From: Thermovirgaceae bacterium
GTDB taxonomy: Bacteria; Synergistota; Synergistia; Synergistales; Thermovirgaceae
NCBI GenBank assembly: GCA_046542505.1
Contig: JBKHBH010000080.1
Location: forward strand, 1 to 10,308
Length of the DNA stretch: 10,308 nucleotides
Direction of reading: 5' to 3'
Shown: positions 7,117 to 10,308 of the stretch, piece by piece
Position numbering within the stretch: the first letter of the stretch is position 1
How the letters are laid out: every line of letters starts with the position of its first letter
The notes under the pieces: generated by a model
Databases searched by the model: none
What the model saw: only the letters and a program-made list of their open reading frames with translations
What the model was told of the DNA's origin: nothing
Position numbers and translations under genes: made by a program

Positions 7117-8086
7117 AATTCTGGTGGAGACGCGGGGGCTGAAAAAATATTTTCCCCTCAAGGCTGGAGCCTTTGGGAGAGGAAAGGGGCATATTCGCGC
7201 CGTGGACGGCGTTGACCTGGCCGTCAAGAAGCGGGAGACTTTCGCCCTTGTCGGGGAGTCCGGCTGCGGAAAGACCACCCTCGGGCGTCTTTTGCTGCGT
7301 CTCGAAGAGCCGACAGCAGGTGAAATCCTTTTCGACGGAAAGAACCTTCTTGAGCTGGACCGGCGCCGGATGCGCGAGCTCCGGCGCGACATGCAGATCG
7401 TTTTCCAGGATCCCTATGCGTCCCTGGATCCACGGATGCGGGTGGGTGACATCGTCGCAGAACCCCTTGCGACGCACCTGGGGAGGCAGCCCCGGAAGGA
7501 AAGGGAAGAAAGAGTCAAAAACCTTCTGGATATCGTCGGCCTTGGTACCGACGCCGCAGGGAAGTACCCCCACCAGTTTTCTGGCGGCCAGCGTCAGCGC
7601 ATCGGGATTGCCAGGGCCCTGGCCCTGCAGCCGAAGTTCATCGTCTGCGATGAGGCGGTTTCTGCTCTTGATGTTTCCATCCAGGCCCAGATCCTCAACC
7701 TGCTCCAGGAGCTCCAGGAACGCTTCAGTCTCACCGTACTTTTCATCACCCATGACCTGAGCGTGGTTCGCCACCTGGCGGACCGGGTGGGCGTCATGTT
7801 TCTCGGCCGCTGTGTCGAGACGGGGGACACCTCCAAGATCTTTGGATCACCGCTGCATCCCTATACGAAGCTGCTTTTGTCGGCAGTGCCCGTTCCCGAC
7901 CCGCACAGGAAAGACCGCCGGAAGATGCTGATCACCGGTGATATCCCGAGCGCAGTGGACATTCCCTCAGGCTGCCGGTTCCACACCCGCTGCCCCTATG
8001 CGAGGGACCTCTGCAGCGAAAAGGACCCGCCCCTTAGTGCCATCGGCGAAAGAACCGTCGCCTGTCACTTCCCCCTGTTTTCGTGA
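7109..8086 (+). CDS. dppF: Peptide ABC transporter ATP-binding protein (DppF/OppF-like), 325 aa
   Basis: GTG7109 overlaps the end of dppD by 8 bp (GTGACTGA); the ORF-track start at 7004 is too long. Motifs [50 protein letters not shown] and GCRFHTRCP are present. Confidence 0.96.
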   Translation: MTEILVETRGLKKYFPLKAGAFGRGKGHIRAVDGVDLAVKKRETFALVGESGCGKTTLGRLLLRLEEPTAGEILFDGKNLLELDRRRMRELRRDMQIVFQDPYASLDPRMRVGDIVAEPLATHLGRQPRKEREERVKNLLDIVGLGTDAAGKYPHQFSGGQRQRIGIARALALQPKFIVCDEAVSALDVSIQAQILNLLQELQERFSLTVLFITHDLSVVRHLADRVGVMFLGRCVETGDTSKIFGSPLHPYTKLLLSAVPVPDPHRKDRRKMLITGDIPSAVDIPSGCRFHTRCPYARDLCSEKDPPLSAIGERTVACHFPLFS

Positions 8087-8101
8087 TTCCTTGATACGTT
8101 A

Positions 8102-8147
8102 GAAAGAGGAAAGGGCCCGGTGGTTTTTGCGGGCTCTTTCCTCTTTT
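8102..8147 (+). terminator. Terminator-like hairpin closing the ABC operon
   Basis: 17-bp inverted repeat AAAGAGGAAAGGGCCCG (8103-8119) / CGGGCTCTTTCCTCTTT (8130-8146) with one G-U pair and a 10-nt loop. The 3' arm is pyrimidine/U-rich and the stem starts 16 nt after the dppF stop. Confidence 0.8.
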
Positions 8148-8240
8148 GGGGAAAAGTTCCGTGACCTTGTCACCGCCTTCGATGTTATGCCCTGCAGATG
8201 CCGGGACAAAAAGTGGGAAGAGAGACTGATCAATGCTGAC

Positions 8241-8274
8241 CTGTAATACCGGAAGACATGACGGTACAATACAG
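8241..8274 (+). promoter_or_regulatory. Possible promoter for the thioesterase-umuC pair, embedded in an imperfect inverted repeat
   Basis: -10-like TACAAT at 8265-8270, but only a weak -35 (CTGTAA 8241-8246, 18-bp spacer). The arms are CTGTA-A-TACCG and CGGTA-CAA-TACAG. Confidence 0.35.
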
Positions 8275-8376
8275 AACATGGTGGATGATTTTTCAGGACC
8301 TTGCCGCTGGAAGGAATGTGAAAGAGCCGCCGGAGCCTCGCGAAAAAACGCAGGCGGCCAGAAGGAGCGATGTTAC

Positions 8377-9120
8377 ATGGAGTATCGCACCACCATCCGC
8401 GCGGGACATTCCGAAATGGGACCCCATGGGAGGATGAAGATCGTCAGCGTGGCGAACCGGTTTCAGGACGCAGCCGGGGAACACGCCGACAAGCTCGGCC
8501 TCGGAGTGAGGGATTTGCTCGCAAAAGGCTATACCTGGGTGCTTCACCGGTACCGGCTTGTGTTCGACAGGCTTCCGGAGTGTGGCGAAAACCTGCGGAT
8601 ACGGACGTGGTACCGGCCGGAGAAAAATCTCTACTCGCTCCGTAATTTCATCATGGAGGAGGAAGGAGGCGCGGAACTCGTTTTCGCGCAATCTTCATGG
8701 ATCGTGGTGAACCTTGCGCGCGGCCGGCCCGTGAGACTTGATTCCGTAATGCCCGCCTCATATGAAAAGAACCAGTCCGCCGATCTTGCGGTCCGTTTCC
8801 CCGACATCCCCAGGCTTGGTGAGCCAGACCACGGGATGTCCTTTTCCGTCAGGCTCCACGACCTGGACGTGAACCGCCATGTGAACAACGCCCGATACAT
8901 TGAATGGGCTGTCGAAACGTTGCCGCCGGAGGTGCTAGAAGAGATGGTTCCAGCTGTGGTGGATGCGGTTTTCAAGAATTCCGCCGGCTACGGTGACAGG
9001 ATACAATCTTGGGTGTGCCGCCTGGACGATGCGCCCGCCGCGTTTTGTCACCGCCTCACCGATGCAGGGGGCAGCGACTGTTCGCTGTTGAGGACGGAAT
9101 GGAGGGCACACCAGGCCTGA
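8377..9120 (+). CDS. Acyl-ACP thioesterase (FatA/FatB-like double hotdog fold), 247 aa
   Basis: SD AAGGAG (8362-8367) precedes ATG8377. The N-terminal hotdog domain has FQDAAGEHADKLGLG, WVLHR and SSWIVVNLARGRPVR; the C-terminal catalytic motif is VRLHDLDVNRHVNNARYIEWAVE. Confidence 0.92.
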   Translation: MEYRTTIRAGHSEMGPHGRMKIVSVANRFQDAAGEHADKLGLGVRDLLAKGYTWVLHRYRLVFDRLPECGENLRIRTWYRPEKNLYSLRNFIMEEEGGAELVFAQSSWIVVNLARGRPVRLDSVMPASYEKNQSADLAVRFPDIPRLGEPDHGMSFSVRLHDLDVNRHVNNARYIEWAVETLPPEVLEEMVPAVVDAVFKNSAGYGDRIQSWVCRLDDAPAAFCHRLTDAGGSDCSLLRTEWRAHQA

Positions 9121-9136
9121 GCGGGAGGTGGAAGCA

Positions 9137-10308
9137 ATGATCCTGGCCCTGTGTGACTGCAATAACTTCTTTGTCTCCTGCGAACGGCTGAGGGACCCTT
9201 CTCTGCGGGGAAAACCGGTGATCGTGCTTTCCCACAATGATGGGTGCGTTGTGGCCAGGTCCAACGAGGCCAAGGTTTTGGGCATCGGGATGGCAGTCCC
9301 TTTTTTTACCGTCAGGAAAATCTGCGAGCGGGCGAAGGTGATAACGAAAAGCGGGGATCACAGACTCTACCGGAGTGTGTCCCGCCATGTGATGGAAAGT
9401 TTGGCCTCCATGGTCCCCGAAATCGAGGTGTCCTCCATCGACGAGGCCTACCTGAAGCTTACCGGGATCCATGCGAAGGACCCGGAAAGATTTTGCAGGA
9501 TCCTGAGAAAGCGGCTTGAGCAAAAAACGGGGATCCCCCTTTCCATCGGTATCGCCCCCACGAAGACCCTGGCCAAGGCTGCGGGCTATTTTGCAAAGAA
9601 GGACCGAAGCTCCGACGGAGTGGTGTCCTTTCTTGACGAGGCGGCACGCCTCGGCGCTCTCGAGAAACTTTCGGTGGATGAGGTCTGGGGGATCGGAAAA
9701 AAGACCGCCGAGGCCCTCCGGAAGATGAAGGTGGAAACGGCTGCGGATTTCATGAGAATCGATGACGGGAAATTGCGGGAACGTTTCGGCATTCACGTCT
9801 GGCGGACCCTTCGGGAGCTCCACGGTTCCTGCTGCTTCTCCTTCAGCAGCCGGCGCGAGCCTCACAAGAGCATTCAGGTGGCGCCGGCCTTCAGGGACCC
9901 GGTGAGGTCTTTCGACGGGTTGCTTTCCGCCGCCGCGGATTACGTCGCCGATGCGGCGAGAACGCTCCGGAAGGAAAACCTCTTGTGCAGGGCCGTCCAG
10001 ATATCCATCGAGACAAACCCCTACCGGCGGGACCTTCCCCAGTACAGCGCAAATACGACGGTCAGGCTTTTGGAGGCCACGGATTACACCCCGGAACTGG
10101 CGAAGGCCGCGGAAGAAGGGTTGCGGCGGATATACCGGGGCGGGTACGCCTTCCGGCGGGTGAGCCTCGTCCTTCGGGACCTCGTGCCGGCCCACCGCGT
10201 GCAGATGTCCCTTTTCACCAGGGAGGAGCAGTCACGAAAGCGGCGTCTGATGAAAGCCGTGGACGACGTGGTGGAAAATGTCGGCGAAGGTGTCATCCGT
10301 CTCGCGCG
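9137..10308 (+). CDS. umuC: Y-family DNA polymerase, UmuC/PolV-like; 3'-truncated by the window edge (>390 aa)
   Basis: Absent from the ORF track because it has no stop in the window; translated by hand. SD GGAGGT precedes ATG9137. Motifs are MILALCDCNNFFVSCER, KPVIVLSHNDGCVVARSNEAK, catalytic SIDEAYL, SIGIAPTKTLAK, HhH VDEVWGIG and a beta-clamp motif QMSLF (10202-10216). The frame is open to the end of the window. Confidence 0.93.
   Translation, partial: MILALCDCNNFFVSCERLRDPSLRGKPVIVLSHNDGCVVARSNEAKVLGIGMAVPFFTVRKICERAKVITKSGDHRLYRSVSRHVMESLASMVPEIEVSSIDEAYLKLTGIHAKDPERFCRILRKRLEQKTGIPLSIGIAPTKTLAKAAGYFAKKDRSSDGVVSFLDEAARLGALEKLSVDEVWGIGKKTAEALRKMKVETAADFMRIDDGKLRERFGIHVWRTLRELHGSCCFSFSSRREPHKSIQVAPAFRDPVRSFDGLLSAAADYVADAARTLRKENLLCRAVQISIETNPYRRDLPQYSANTTVRLLEATDYTPELAKAAEEGLRRIYRGGYAFRRVSLVLRDLVPAHRVQMSLFTREEQSRKRRLMKAVDDVVENVGEGVIRLA

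Noticed and set aside
8241..8274. CTGT...ACAG as an E. coli-type LexA box
   Set aside because: The spacer is 26 bp rather than the required 8 bp. It is kept only as a generic inverted repeat.
8233..8376. 48-aa in-frame N-terminal extension of the thioesterase
   Set aside because: The fold begins near MEYRTTIR, ATG8377 has a good SD, and the extension overlaps the putative promoter.
9298..9307. CCCTTTTTTT run in umuC as a slippery or phase-variable site
   Set aside because: T7 is short, it encodes the conserved P-x-F region, the frame is intact, and no stimulatory structure is evident.
9056..10195. 379-aa minus-strand ORF, the longest track ORF in this region
   Set aside because: It is the antisense shadow of the + strand UmuC-like gene, which has all family motifs and an SD. 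The shadow protein has no recognisable motifs.

Overview
GC-rich bacterial chromosomal window in which all credible genes are on the + strand. From left to right: (1) a sigma70-type promoter and a ~255-nt structured leader ahead of a nitrilase-superfamily C-N hydrolase, closed by an intrinsic terminator; (2) a second promoter with an operator-like palindrome driving a six-gene operon of an M19 (renal-type) dipeptidase plus a complete Dpp/Opp-family ABC importer (SBP, two permeases, two ATPases), ending in a long hairpin; (3) an acyl-ACP thioesterase followed 16 bp later by a UmuC-like Y-family DNA polymerase that runs off the right edge and is absent from the supplied ORF track. The non-lipoprotein SBP signal peptide and peptide-catabolic content suggest a diderm amino-acid fermenter such as Synergistota (inference only). 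I see no mobile element, CRISPR array, tRNA or rRNA, and no clearly new system. The best leads are the thioesterase-umuC pairing without an upstream umuD, the Cys-clustered SBP, and the leader with its alternative start on the C-N hydrolase.
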